From a virus (Duplodnaviria > Caudoviricetes), in the IMG/VR virus record IMGVR_UViG_3300032111_000012, positions 1 through 61,010 of that record: a DNA stretch of 61,010 nt, one strand, 5' to 3'. The notes below the pieces were generated by a model. The model ran no database searches, had not been told where the DNA came from, and saw only the letters and a list, made by a program, of their open reading frames with translations. The translations under genes were made by a program, and so were the position numbers. Shown piece after piece: positions 1 to 9,166 of the stretch (position 1 is the stretch's first letter; each line of letters starts with the position of its first letter).

Positions 1-1023
1 ATGCCTGCTGTCCGTAATCGCATTCCCGGTGTCCGTGCAAAAAAACTCCCCATCAATGGCCCGAATGTCACCACCATTACTCTTTCCCCTGGTGGAGAGT
101 CTTGGGAGACCGCAATAAACCGTTTCAAGCAAGGGCGTGGCAAGAAGATCCGGGAAACAACCCTCAAATGGTATCTATCCAACCTGCGTAGCTTTGTCCG
201 CTACCTCAATGACTTGGATCTGCAAGACATCACCCCATTAAACATGACCTATGACGACGTACAAGACTTTCTCGAGTACTGCGCCGAAGATCTGGAGATG
301 CAGCCCCGGACGATCAATGCTCGAATTGTGAGCCTCAAAGCTCTCTATGCTTTCCTGCTTGACCGTAAAATGGCCGTCAACAATCCAATGGATGAGATCT
401 TGGAGTTACCGGAGGATGAGCCAGAAATCCAGACCTTTTCCCCCGATCAACTGCGCAAGCTCCTTGATCAGCCCGACCGATCCACCTTCAAAGGCTTCCG
501 GGATTATGTGCTTATGCGCTGTTTACTCGACCTGGGCAGCAGGATCGGAGAGACGCTGAAAATCAAGATCTCCCGCATTGAATTTGTCAATGAGATTCCC
601 CAGACTGTCTGGCTGCAAGAGACAAAGAACCACGAACCCCGGCGATTGGCGTTGCCGGAAAAGCTCCAGGAAACAATCACCCAATGGCTCCGTATGCGTA
701 AAGAAGTTTTTGGCATAGATCCCCTGGTCGTAGATTGGCTGATCATCAATCAGGACTGCAACCCACTCCACCCCCGTAACTTCCAAAGATGGATGAGGGA
801 GTACGCCGACCGAGCCAAGATCACCGGCGTCCGGCCAACCCCGCACACCCTGCGACATACCTTCGCCAAACTATACATCGAAGGCGGCGGTGACATTGTC
901 TCCCTGAAAGACATCCTGGGCCACAAAGATATGAGGATGGTCTACCGCTATGCACGGTTCTTCGGCAAAGAACTAATAGAACGCCACCGGCAGTTTGCCC
1001 CCTCTGCCACCTTGAACATATAA
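1..1023 (+). CDS. int: Tyrosine recombinase/integrase
   Basis: SAM-like N-domain; catalytic R (GSRIGE), HTLRH, LGH and Y (MVYRY). Confidence 0.95.
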   Translation: MPAVRNRIPGVRAKKLPINGPNVTTITLSPGGESWETAINRFKQGRGKKIRETTLKWYLSNLRSFVRYLNDLDLQDITPLNMTYDDVQDFLEYCAEDLEMQPRTINARIVSLKALYAFLLDRKMAVNNPMDEILELPEDEPEIQTFSPDQLRKLLDQPDRSTFKGFRDYVLMRCLLDLGSRIGETLKIKISRIEFVNEIPQTVWLQETKNHEPRRLALPEKLQETITQWLRMRKEVFGIDPLVVDWLIINQDCNPLHPRNFQRWMREYADRAKITGVRPTPHTLRHTFAKLYIEGGGDIVSLKDILGHKDMRMVYRYARFFGKELIERHRQFAPSATLNI

Positions 1024-1161
1024 AAATAAAACCAGAAGCCCCGCCCTGACGATCAGGCGGGACCTCTGGCGAGAGAAATGCAGATGCGGGAACGGCTGGA
1101 CAATTTGATGATAAATCGGGCACCCAAATCCGGCAAGCGTACCCGTTACCTTTTCATAAAC

Positions 1162-1205
1162 GGGACACCCCTCTGCCTGCTGCCGCTTCAAGAGAGGGGT
1201 GTCCC
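1162..1205 (-). terminator. 13-bp perfect inverted repeat between convergent int and left-arm operon
   Basis: GGGACACCCCTCT (1162-1174) / AGAGGGGTGTCCC (1193-1205); weak U-tract. Confidence 0.5.
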
Positions 1206-1289
1206 TTGCTTAGGAGGTTTATGTCAATGCCCACTTCCGCTTTTATCATAAGACCAATGGCCCCACCTGTTAAGAATGCCCGTTACTTT

Positions 1290-1781
1290 TTACCCTCTGA
1301 TGCCCAACACCTGCTCCAATAGCTCTCTGGCTCTTTGGACGGTCTTGGATCTGAACGCCTGTTGTGAAGCCCGCAGAAGCTCCACAGCCTCAGCAACCTT
1401 ACCCAAGCCCCTGGACTGCTCCGACAAAAGGCCCTGCTCCAACATATAACAAGCAGCCATCACCTTCTGCTCCCGTGACATTGCATCCCCGACAAGTTCC
1501 CACCATTCGCAAACCCTGGCCGGTGTCCCGCTAATACTCCCCAGCAGAAGCCAGTTCTCCTGGTATAAAGCTTCAACCATCATTGCAAACCTGACAAATT
1601 CCTGCGGCCCCAACTCCAGCCCAAATCCTGCATATCTCCGATAAGCATAGATATAAGCCCACACTCGAACCCACTCCGACCCAACCTCGGACTGCGCCAT
1701 ATTGATCTCATCAGGAGACACATCAGCCAACCCAAAGAAGTCTCTAAACTCCTGGCAACGAGCCACCGAACCGCTGTTCAT
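1290..1781 (-). CDS. Hypothetical protein
   Basis: 163-aa ORF co-oriented with the operon. Confidence 0.65.
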   Translation of the reverse strand: MNSGSVARCQEFRDFFGLADVSPDEINMAQSEVGSEWVRVWAYIYAYRRYAGFGLELGPQEFVRFAMMVEALYQENWLLLGSISGTPARVCEWWELVGDAMSREQKVMAACYMLEQGLLSEQSRGLGKVAEAVELLRASQQAFRSKTVQRARELLEQVLGIRG

Positions 1782-1972
1782 ATGCCCTCATCTTCCCCTC
1801 ATAATATTCTTCAATATCTGCAAACCAGCGGGCAAACGCCTTGGCAGCACCATTCTCCCCGGAAATCTCATCGCTAACGGCCTGCCCGACAACAGCGTCA
1901 TATAGAGCATCCAACCGGCACCCAGATATCCACCTGCTCCGGCAATCGCGTATTATACACGATCCGCTTAGC

Positions 1973-2203
1973 TCAACCAGTCATATCGTGCTTCAATAAG
2001 ATGCTCCAAACAAGGTTGAACTTTTGTTCCTTTTCGGCGTCCTGGGCGATCCCCGGCCACCACCCGACACCCTCAAAATGGAATGACCGGGGCGGGACAT
2101 CCTTCCCGAAACATAGGTTGGCCCCGACCCCCACCGGCACTACCATATCCGTTGCAGATGGAAATACAGGGCGGCTGGACGCCGCCCCTTCCTTCCCGCT
2201 CAC
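1973..2203 (-). CDS. Hypothetical protein
   Basis: GTG start abuts the stop of the VWA gene (translational coupling). Confidence 0.45.
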   Translation of the reverse strand: MSGKEGAASSRPVFPSATDMVVPVGVGANLCFGKDVPPRSFHFEGVGWWPGIAQDAEKEQKFNLVWSILLKHDMTG

Positions 2204-3552
2204 TAAGCCACTCCTTCCAGCCTAACCGTCTGCCCCCAAGGAGCCTCGACATTTGTGGTGATCACCCACAGCACCGGGAACCCCGGATCAACTTCTGGGA
2301 ATCTCCCATATCCGTCCGTGATGTAAGCCAAAGCACTCGGAGTAATTGCCCGCTTCCTGATCTCCTCGAACACGGGCCGGAAGTCAGTACCCCCGCCACC
2401 CTTCGGCTTTGCCCTCTCCGGCCACGGATCTTGACTGTTCACCTCATAGATCCCGTGGAGCTTGGCATCGCAAAAGGCCAGGAATCCCTTAACCTGCGGA
2501 TAGCTTGCCATAATCCCCCGCACCTCTGCCAAGAAAGCTGCAAGTTCCTTGTCGCCGACGCTACCCGACGTATCGACCACGATCCAGATATCCTCCACCG
2601 CTTCATCGCCGAAGTCCGGCATAATAATGTCCCCATATTCACCATTACAAAACCGGCGATCAGGAGGACTCCAAGTGTAGTCCACCTTACTCGGCTGCAA
2701 GAAGTAAGCCAAGACCCTGCGCCAATCGACCTTCGGCTCCAACATCTCTCTGACAAGCCTCTCCATCCCCGCTGGGACATTGTCCCGCATTTTGGCCCCT
2801 TCCATCGCCTGAACCAAACGCTTCTTCCACTCAGCAGCCTGTCTCTCGATCTCTGCCGATGTCGTGTTCTCCTGGGCCTGCCTCCAGATACTATGGTCAC
2901 CCCACGGTTGGCCCTGCATCGGCTCGCCATTATCGCCTGCTTCTTTCTGCAAGCCGCCTGCCCCCCCCTGTGTGTGGGCTTTCTGCTGACCTTTGCCCTG
3001 TCCGTTACGCTGGCCTTTCTGGCTACCCTGACCGCCGTCCTGCCCTTGCTGATCCTGTCCACCCTGACCCCTGTTCTGATCCTGCCCCTGGCCCTGGCCG
3101 CCATTCCCACAATGCTGAGACATCTTCGGCGGCTTCTCCTTCTGGAGCTTGGCATAGATTTCATCTGCCGACAGACCCCGGTACTTCTCATTGATCAAAA
3201 CGCCCTTCGGCAGTTCCAGCTTGGCGTCCTTAAGGATGATGTTGATAGCGTAGTCCGTAGCATAGTTCCAGTATGTCTGATCCCGGCTCCCGCACCGCAG
3301 GATATGATCCAAAGCACAGTGCAAGACTTCATGGGACACAGCTCCCTTGATGACCTCGAACCCTTCGACCTTATGCACCTTCTCCACCCAGGTCGGGTTA
3401 TAGACCAACCGCTTTCCATCCGTAGCCATCGTACTTGTAATCTGGGCATTCTCCTCAACTTGGAGATATAAAGCCAGAGTGCCGAAAAACGGTTGATCCA
3501 ATACCAGCTTTGTCCTGGCCCGCTTCATGATCATCTCGGCATTGAACTCCAC
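2203..3552 (-). CDS. DUF2201-type putative metallopeptidase + VWA-like domain protein
   Basis: TMATDG, HEVLH zincin motif, WNYATDYAIN, G/Q-rich linker, MIDAS DTSGS, GGGGTDF, YITDG. Confidence 0.9.
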   Translation of the reverse strand: MEFNAEMIMKRARTKLVLDQPFFGTLALYLQVEENAQITSTMATDGKRLVYNPTWVEKVHKVEGFEVIKGAVSHEVLHCALDHILRCGSRDQTYWNYATDYAINIILKDAKLELPKGVLINEKYRGLSADEIYAKLQKEKPPKMSQHCGNGGQGQGQDQNRGQGGQDQQGQDGGQGSQKGQRNGQGKGQQKAHTQGGAGGLQKEAGDNGEPMQGQPWGDHSIWRQAQENTTSAEIERQAAEWKKRLVQAMEGAKMRDNVPAGMERLVREMLEPKVDWRRVLAYFLQPSKVDYTWSPPDRRFCNGEYGDIIMPDFGDEAVEDIWIVVDTSGSVGDKELAAFLAEVRGIMASYPQVKGFLAFCDAKLHGIYEVNSQDPWPERAKPKGGGGTDFRPVFEEIRKRAITPSALAYITDGYGRFPEVDPGFPVLWVITTNVEAPWGQTVRLEGVA

Positions 3553-3597
3553 CGCTGCATCCCCCTCATTTAAGATCTGTCTAGTAAGCCTACTGTA

Positions 3598-3611
3598 TCA
3601 CCATTTGGTGA
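3598..3611. promoter_or_regulatory. Operator TCACC-N4-GGTGA in spacer of leftward promoter for VWA gene
   Basis: Minus strand TTTACT-17bp containing site-TACAGT. Confidence 0.7.
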
Positions 3612-3672
3612 CAGAGTAAAGACGGTTCTTTCAGAATTTCCAAGGGCCGGAGAGAACCCCCGGCCCTATCTG

Positions 3673-3930
3673 CTATACCCATATCTCGTCCAACTTGTCA
3701 GCGACCAGGAGCGTTGCCACCTCTTCCAACGGGGCCTGGCAGAGCCTCAACTGCTCGTCATCATCCATCTTCCGAAACTGGGCCAAAGCACCCTTAGCAA
3801 ACTCGTGACTACATTCGAGGTTCTGTAGGTGCTCCATAAACCTGCTTGCCCGATGCTCTTTTTGCGGCACAATCACTGGATAGGGGTGGCCGTCCTTCTC
3901 GCGTGGGAACATAAAAACATAATTCGACAT
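3673..3930 (-). CDS. Hypothetical protein
   Basis: 85-aa ORF with SD between AAA and VWA genes. Confidence 0.6.
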   Translation of the reverse strand: MSNYVFMFPREKDGHPYPVIVPQKEHRASRFMEHLQNLECSHEFAKGALAQFRKMDDDEQLRLCQAPLEEVATLLVADKLDEIWV

Positions 3931-3946
3931 CCCCGCCGCACCCCCC

Positions 3947-4969
3947 TTACAGGATCAGGTTCTTGTTAGCCATCGCCCACTTCTGAAACTCCGGCACCTT
4001 GGTCAAGGCATCCTTGAAACCGGCCTTGAACACGTCCCGCAAAGTAAGCACCTGAAACTCCATCGGGATTTTCGCCAAGAACCGCATCAAATTGGTCAAC
4101 CGCTTCGGCGTTCCATTCGCCTTGACCTTCCCGACGATGGCACCAGCCAAGGCATACAGAATATCAGGCTGGTTGACCACATCAACATCGGCCCCGTCCA
4201 GGATGGCATCCACATCCGGCAGCTTGGTCATCATCCTAATGAACTGCCCCAACTCCACCGCAGGCCCCTCACCGATAGCCGCTACAACTGCCGGATACGC
4301 CGCATCAAAGTCTCCGAAGGTATCCAGCAAGCTGCTGACAAACTCCCACGTCCGGGGAGTGGGGAAGGCCCTGATTTCTTCCGAGCCCTGCGGGAACTTG
4401 TAAAGGAGTTCATTTCTGAAGTTGAGGAAAGCGATCACTTCTGGGCGAATCCCTGCCGGGTAAGCCCAAGCCTTCCAATCATCGAGTTCCGGCTCGATCT
4501 CAAAATGCAGCATCCTGTTTGCCAGAGGAGCAGGCATCCTGTTGACGACGCCTTTATCCGTCACCCGGTTACCGGCCAGGACGATCTTCCAGCCCGCCGG
4601 GAGTCTGTAATCACCCACGGCCTTGTCCAAGGTCAACTGATAAGCAGCCGCCTGGACGGTCGGCGGGGCGGCAGTGATCTCATCCAAAAGCAAGACACCC
4701 TTCTCACCATCCCGATCCGCGAAAGGCAAGAACCCTGCGGCCAGCCAATCAGCCCGCTTCTCTTCCTTGTTCGGCACCGGCACCCCACGAAGATCCACCG
4801 GGTTGCAGAGCAGGAGACGCACATCCTTCATTCCCCACCCAAGCTCCCGGCAGATCTCCTTAACCATCTGGGATTTGCCGATCCCAGGTGCCCCCCAGAA
4901 CATCACAGCCGGGGTATCCTTCATCGCAAAGAGCTTCTTCAACAATTCCTTGGCCTCGTTCACACGCAT
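3947..4969 (-). CDS. MoxR-like AAA+ ATPase
   Basis: Walker A GAPGIGKS, Walker B LLLDE, AGNR sensor, PTPRTW; start moved to ATG 4969 by SD GAAGGGAG. Confidence 0.9.
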   Translation of the reverse strand: MRVNEAKELLKKLFAMKDTPAVMFWGAPGIGKSQMVKEICRELGWGMKDVRLLLCNPVDLRGVPVPNKEEKRADWLAAGFLPFADRDGEKGVLLLDEITAAPPTVQAAAYQLTLDKAVGDYRLPAGWKIVLAGNRVTDKGVVNRMPAPLANRMLHFEIEPELDDWKAWAYPAGIRPEVIAFLNFRNELLYKFPQGSEEIRAFPTPRTWEFVSSLLDTFGDFDAAYPAVVAAIGEGPAVELGQFIRMMTKLPDVDAILDGADVDVVNQPDILYALAGAIVGKVKANGTPKRLTNLMRFLAKIPMEFQVLTLRDVFKAGFKDALTKVPEFQKWAMANKNLIL

Positions 4970-5056
4970 ATTCCACATTCTCCCTTCGAGTCCGGGCGAC
5001 TGCCTGCGCTTCCTTGGCCGCCCCCGGCTCATCAATATTTTGCTGCGCCAATCGTA

Positions 5057-5103
5057 TCACCATATGGTGATTATTGCAAGCGTATTTTATCACCTTTTGG
5101 AGA
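5057..5103. promoter_or_regulatory. Operator pair (5057-5070, 5090-5103) with leftward promoter for AAA gene
   Basis: Minus strand TTGCAA-TAATCACCATATGGTGA-TACGAT; second site 33 bp away. Confidence 0.75.
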
Positions 5104-5117
5104 ATTTCTTTTGAGGC

Positions 5118-5362
5118 CAGGCAAACAACTGAGCCGCCTGCCGTGACTACTCCATAAGAACACCATCGGTTACTGCCCCATAAACCAAGACACCATCCCT
5201 TCTTTTCTTCGGGATAGTGTCCTGGTTTACCGACGCACATTTTTCATTGGGGCTCCGGGGCGCCCATCCCCTTCACCCCATTTGACAAGATGCAGGTAGC
5301 TCTACATCCTGCCGATCCTGACAGACCCCGCCCAAAGGGCCTGCCCGATCCTTCCACGTTCC
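5118..5362 (-). ncRNA. Candidate structured small RNA downstream of an operator-controlled promoter (site 5376-5389)
   Basis: No convincing ORF; 19-bp stem 5181-5229 and stem 5120-5142 whose plus-strand A-C mismatches are G-U pairs on the minus strand. Confidence 0.45.
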
Positions 5363-5425
5363 CCATTATACATTATCTCCCCCTGGTGACAAGGGAAGGG
5401 TTACTTTTTGATCCCGGCACCCCAG

Positions 5426-5683
5426 CTAATGAACGACCATTCCGTACTTGCGACCGATCTCCCGAATCTCAGCTAGATCCCTCTCCAACTGCTGCCGGTT
5501 CTTGCTCTTGGCAAAAAGAGCAGTACGGATCTTTTTCTCAACCTTGATCCGATCCTCATCGGTCTGCTCCAAAGTGACAACATCCATCTGGCCCATCATC
5601 GCCTCGACAAGCACAGGACCGATCGCCCGGAGAACCAACGACCCCTCTTCCACAACCTTCTGCACCACCTGCGCTTTTCGCAC
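5426..5683 (-). CDS. Hypothetical protein
   Basis: 85-aa ORF with SD downstream of operator pair 5705/5738. Confidence 0.7.
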   Translation of the reverse strand: MRKAQVVQKVVEEGSLVLRAIGPVLVEAMMGQMDVVTLEQTDEDRIKVEKKIRTALFAKSKNRQQLERDLAEIREIGRKYGMVVH

Positions 5684-5704
5684 AATTGCGTGCCCCCTTG
5701 CTTA

Positions 5705-5751
5705 TCCCCTATTGGTGATCTACTCCTTTTCATCTTATCACCCATTGGTGA
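5705..5751. promoter_or_regulatory. Operator pair (5705-5718, 5738-5751) with leftward promoter
   Basis: Minus strand TTTACT-ATGTCACCAATGGGTGA-TAAGAT. Confidence 0.75.
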
Positions 5752-6103
5752 CATAGTAAATCGTCAATCTTCCAGGCAGCCAATCAGACATCCCCAATCC
5801 GCAATCTCCCGGATTTTCTGGATAGCATCCCCCACCGGGATCTCCCCAGCCTCGGCCTGCTCCATCAACTCCCTGGCCCGGTTACGCCATCTCTGTGCCC
5901 GCCTGATCCAAAGCGTCCGTTATCTTTCGATAATCAATCAACAGGCGAACGGCCCGCCCCCGTACCCACCACTCAGCACTTCTATACTGCCAAGACTCCT
6001 TGCCCCAAACCAAAAGCATTCTGGCACTTATATCCAAATCATCAGCGATCCGCTCCAACCGACGCACAGCTTCCAATACGGGGATCTCTCCCCTATCTGC
6101 CAT

Positions 6104-6320
6104 GTGAATCCTCCCTCCACTGAAGTGGAGGGCATCCATCCATAGGCACGGGCGAAGTCTCGGCATTCGGCAGCGGGGCTGCCACCCAGGCTTGCCTGAC
6201 CCCTTAGGCTGGACGGGTTCCTGGATTCCCGGACGCCAACCGGAAACGTCGTCCCGGCGACGACCCCTCCCTTTCGGGAGTCGCAGGCTTTCGCAAAATG
6301 GTTAAGCTGTTTTTTGTTGC
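6104..6320 (-). ncRNA. TnpB omega/reRNA scaffold; predicted guide ATGGCAGATAGGGGAGAGAT (6103-6084)
   Basis: ~200 nt multi-hairpin region between tnpB stop and right end; 5' boundary approximate. Confidence 0.75.
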
Positions 6321-7693
6321 AACCGCCTTTCCTCCCGAATGAACCAGGCCATGCCGATGTTGATGGCGGCGTTAACATGGCTGTTGTGAACGGTACTGCA
6401 GTTCCTGCACTTCAAGATGTTGCCGTCTCTCGAAGTATCCAGCGAGCCGCACAGCGAACACCGATTGCTGGTGTCTTTCGGGGGGATAAGGGCAACCAGT
6501 ATGCCATGTGCTTTCGCTTTGTACGTGGTATACCTGATCACCCTCCGGTGCAGCCAGTAGCCCATCCTCTGGCGCATCCTGGCCGAACCGTGCTTGTTCC
6601 TGTCCGGCCTGAAGCGTTTCAGGTTCTCGAAAACGATGACCTTCGCGCCCCACTCCACGGCAAGGTCAACCAGTCGTTTGCTTAAATGGTGGGCGTAGTT
6701 GTCGTTCACTGCATGGATCTTGCGCCAAAGCTTCTTGCATGGCCGGTGGCCTTTCGGGATTATCCCCAGGCCGCTCACGTTCCGGGCGATGAGCCCCAGC
6801 AGGCGGTGGACATCCGTCGTGTTACACGCAGCCAGGCTGATGTGCCTGACTTTGTGAACCGTACCGTCCTTGCCCACCAGGGCGCACACCGCCCGGTTCC
6901 TGCGGCCCAGGTTCAGGTCCACGGCAAACACCTTCGGGTTCTTGGACAGGTAGTAGTCGGCGAACTTGATGACATTGGACTTCTTCTCGAAGGCGGTCAC
7001 CAGGTAGAAAATACCTTCTCTTTCGTAAATAGAGGGTACGGTCATTTCCCATGAATCGTCCAAGTGAAGCTTTCTGGAGTGGCTGGTGGGTCCCACCTCC
7101 ACAGTGATGAACCGCCAGTCGCTACCGTCCCAGACTTTCAGCTGAATGGTGTTGGTTTTCAGCGAAAGGTTTTTAAAGTCACCCTTGTAGAAGGTTATGC
7201 CGACGTTCCCCGCTGTAGGATACTTGGGCGGGTGCTCGTCGAAAGGTACCGGCTTTTTGCCGGCAGCGACCCTTCGCTGGTTTCGCTCTTCTATGCGGGC
7301 CTTTTTCCTGAGCCACCGCTGGTAGTTGGAATACCAGCTCTTCGCCATCCCGATAGCCCTGGCGATGATCGCCCGGCGCAAATACGCGGGGAACTTGGGC
7401 CAAACGGTGTCTATCGGGTAAGGCGGGTTGGGGTTGCCGCCGAACTTTTCCCCGGTTTTCCTGTTCGTGCGGGGTTCGGTCCTGACGGTCAGTTTTTCCA
7501 GTGCCCTTGTGCCGGTATTCCTGTTCCATTTGGGCAGCTTGTCGAGGTTGTCGTGAATGACGTTCAGGTAAAAACCCAAGACTGCCCGGTAGATTTCTTC
7601 CGTCTGCCGGATCATCGCCGGGGTGCCGGTGATAAATCTCTTAATACGTTGTCTGCTTGAAATTATGTTTTTGAGCACGGGCATTTTCTTCAC
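6302..7693 (-). CDS. tnpB: RNA-guided endonuclease TnpB, RuvC-III Asp replaced by His
   Basis: RuvC-I VDLN, RuvC-II VFENL, TSNRCSLCG / CRNC zinc finger, RuvC-III reads NSHVNAAINI. Confidence 0.93.
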   Translation of the reverse strand: MKKMPVLKNIISSRQRIKRFITGTPAMIRQTEEIYRAVLGFYLNVIHDNLDKLPKWNRNTGTRALEKLTVRTEPRTNRKTGEKFGGNPNPPYPIDTVWPKFPAYLRRAIIARAIGMAKSWYSNYQRWLRKKARIEERNQRRVAAGKKPVPFDEHPPKYPTAGNVGITFYKGDFKNLSLKTNTIQLKVWDGSDWRFITVEVGPTSHSRKLHLDDSWEMTVPSIYEREGIFYLVTAFEKKSNVIKFADYYLSKNPKVFAVDLNLGRRNRAVCALVGKDGTVHKVRHISLAACNTTDVHRLLGLIARNVSGLGIIPKGHRPCKKLWRKIHAVNDNYAHHLSKRLVDLAVEWGAKVIVFENLKRFRPDRNKHGSARMRQRMGYWLHRRVIRYTTYKAKAHGILVALIPPKDTSNRCSLCGSLDTSRDGNILKCRNCSTVHNSHVNAAINIGMAWFIREERRLQQKTA

Positions 7694-8011
7694 CTGCTAC
7701 GGTTTATTGTACCATGGCAAGAATTACAAAACAAGTGTTTTTAGAAATCTGGCCGCCTTGACTCCCCATTAAAATGGGAAGGATGCGGCGGCTTCTTTCT
7801 CAACTATTTGGCATGCCTCATCCTGACCTTCCTCTGGCCGCTCATAACGTAGCACCGATCTCAACTCCCAAGCACTTTAGCGATATAACGACCAAGATCA
7901 ATGGCAACTACAACCTCGCCCGGCGATATGCCCAGTTCGCCCGATTCACAGCCTCGACACGGAACCAAAGAGATATCCGTTTTAACTTTTCACACGCTTC
8001 GTCGGCTGGCG

Positions 8012-8296
8012 TCATCTCTTCGTCTTTCCTCCTGCTGCCGCAACAGACTTGTCCTTCTCAATCTTGACTCGACACCCCTGAGCCAATAACTCCTGGACAC
8101 GGGCCATCGTCCGCCGCTGCATCGCTGCCTGCGTCCGGCCCTGAAACCCCTCAATCTCATATCTTCCATCCGGGTGCCAAATCTTAACGATCACCCCGAA
8201 CACTGAAGGTCTCCCCTTTTGATAAGGTTTAGGGCCACCTGGATTACCATAACTCGAATAACCTTTAGATGAGGCACTAAAGCTCACCCGCCTCAA
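8012..8296 (-). CDS. Hypothetical protein
   Basis: 94-aa ORF overlapping upstream gene. Confidence 0.55.
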   Translation of the reverse strand: MRRVSFSASSKGYSSYGNPGGPKPYQKGRPSVFGVIVKIWHPDGRYEIEGFQGRTQAAMQRRTMARVQELLAQGCRVKIEKDKSVAAAGGKTKR

Positions 8297-8687
8297 TCAT
8301 TCGACGAGCCACCTTGATGACCTCAACCTGAATAGCCCGGTGGGGCGTAGGGACAAGTCTGCTTATAGATCCACTGTCCCATACAACCGCTCCCCAGGCC
8401 CTCGCATAGACAACCCGCCAATGTTGGAGCTCTCCTGGTTCCATCTCCAAGATCGCAGCGACAACCTGAGCATCAGTCATAGCCGCAAGCATATCTCGAA
8501 TCGGTACTGCTGCCAAGAAAGCTAGGACAGCCCTTTCCCCAAAGATTTGTCTCCGATTACTCCTGTACCATTCATCAATCAATTGCTCCGAAAGGGCCAT
8601 TACCCGGTAGAACACGCCATCCGGCAACTCCTGAATGACCGGCCACCCGTGCGCCACCTGCTCATCGAAAACACCTGCGAAATCCAC
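8277..8687 (-). CDS. Hypothetical protein
   Basis: 136-aa ORF, coupled start/stop. Confidence 0.7.
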   Translation of the reverse strand: MDFAGVFDEQVAHGWPVIQELPDGVFYRVMALSEQLIDEWYRSNRRQIFGERAVLAFLAAVPIRDMLAAMTDAQVVAAILEMEPGELQHWRVVYARAWGAVVWDSGSISRLVPTPHRAIQVEVIKVARRMIEAGEL

Positions 8688-9166
8688 TACGCCACCCCTG
8701 TCAACTCCCTGGCTACCAGGAAGGCAACCAGAGCAGGATCGTCCTGGGTAATCTCTACCGGCGGGATGCTTATCAACGTCTCATCCAGGTTGATCGCCTC
8801 CACAAAGAACAACTGAACTGCCCTGCAGCCCCCAACAATGAACTCGTACTCCCTCACCAACCGGCCATCCGGCAAGTCATGGATAAAAGTCTTGACCACA
8901 TCCCAACCCGGAATAACCCTGACCTGTCGTCCCATATCTCTAGCAACCGCAATAATCATCTCTTTAACTAGACCCTCATCGATACGACCGGAGAGATCTC
9001 CGTAAAGTGCAATAGACCCATCCGGCAGCCGGTAGGCAACCATTACCCCAAAATGGAATAAAACAACAGTGCTATACCACAGAGCCCCTGCTTTACGCTT
9101 ATCTACCGGCCAGGTAGTCTCACCCCGAAGAAAAGCCTTAATCAGATTCACCATTGCCTCATCCAC
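8687..9166 (-). CDS. Hypothetical protein, paralog of 9167..9652
   Basis: Shared motifs GxLW, AxRLxDGS, EIxxxD..L...L..(R/K)E. Confidence 0.75.
   Translation of the reverse strand: MDEAMVNLIKAFLRGETTWPVDKRKAGALWYSTVVLFHFGVMVAYRLPDGSIALYGDLSGRIDEGLVKEMIIAVARDMGRQVRVIPGWDVVKTFIHDLPDGRLVREYEFIVGGCRAVQLFFVEAINLDETLISIPPVEITQDDPALVAFLVARELTGVA

Larger units (their letters stand above)
6104..7798 (-). mobile_element. Non-autonomous IS200/IS605-family (tnpB-only) element
   Basis: Left-end hairpin 7752-7792 preceded by TTGAG; right-end hairpin CCCTCCAC-TTCA-GTGGAGGG ending TTCAC; no TSD, no tnpA. Confidence 0.85.
5882..7855 (-). pseudogene. Phage hypothetical gene split by TnpB element (5' part 7855-7799, 3' part 6103-5882)
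   Basis: Removing 6104-7798 gives in-frame MLRYERPEEGQDEACQIVE|MADRGEIPVLEAVRRL; junction matches the nearby repeat RARELMEQAEAGEIPV. Confidence 0.8.

Noticed and set aside
1024-1289. attP core or tRNA 3' fragment after the integrase
   Set aside because: No tRNA-like end or repeat matching elsewhere in the window could be identified by eye
2880-3110. G/Q-rich low-complexity repeats as a separate repeat element
   Set aside because: Ordinary linker of DUF2201-VWA proteins
2083-3471. Long plus-strand ORFs (2083..3471, 31174..32130, 42873..43772, 45439..46254, 58367..59158 and similar)
   Set aside because: Antisense shadows of well-supported minus-strand genes, with no motifs
5057-5070. Operators being lambda CI sites (TATCACC half-site)
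   Set aside because: Spacing is N4 rather than lambda's N3 and the phage is unrelated; treated as convergence
6104-7798. IStron (group I intron-IS hybrid), since the element interrupts a CDS
   Set aside because: Only ~105 bp between left end and tnpB start, too short for a group I core
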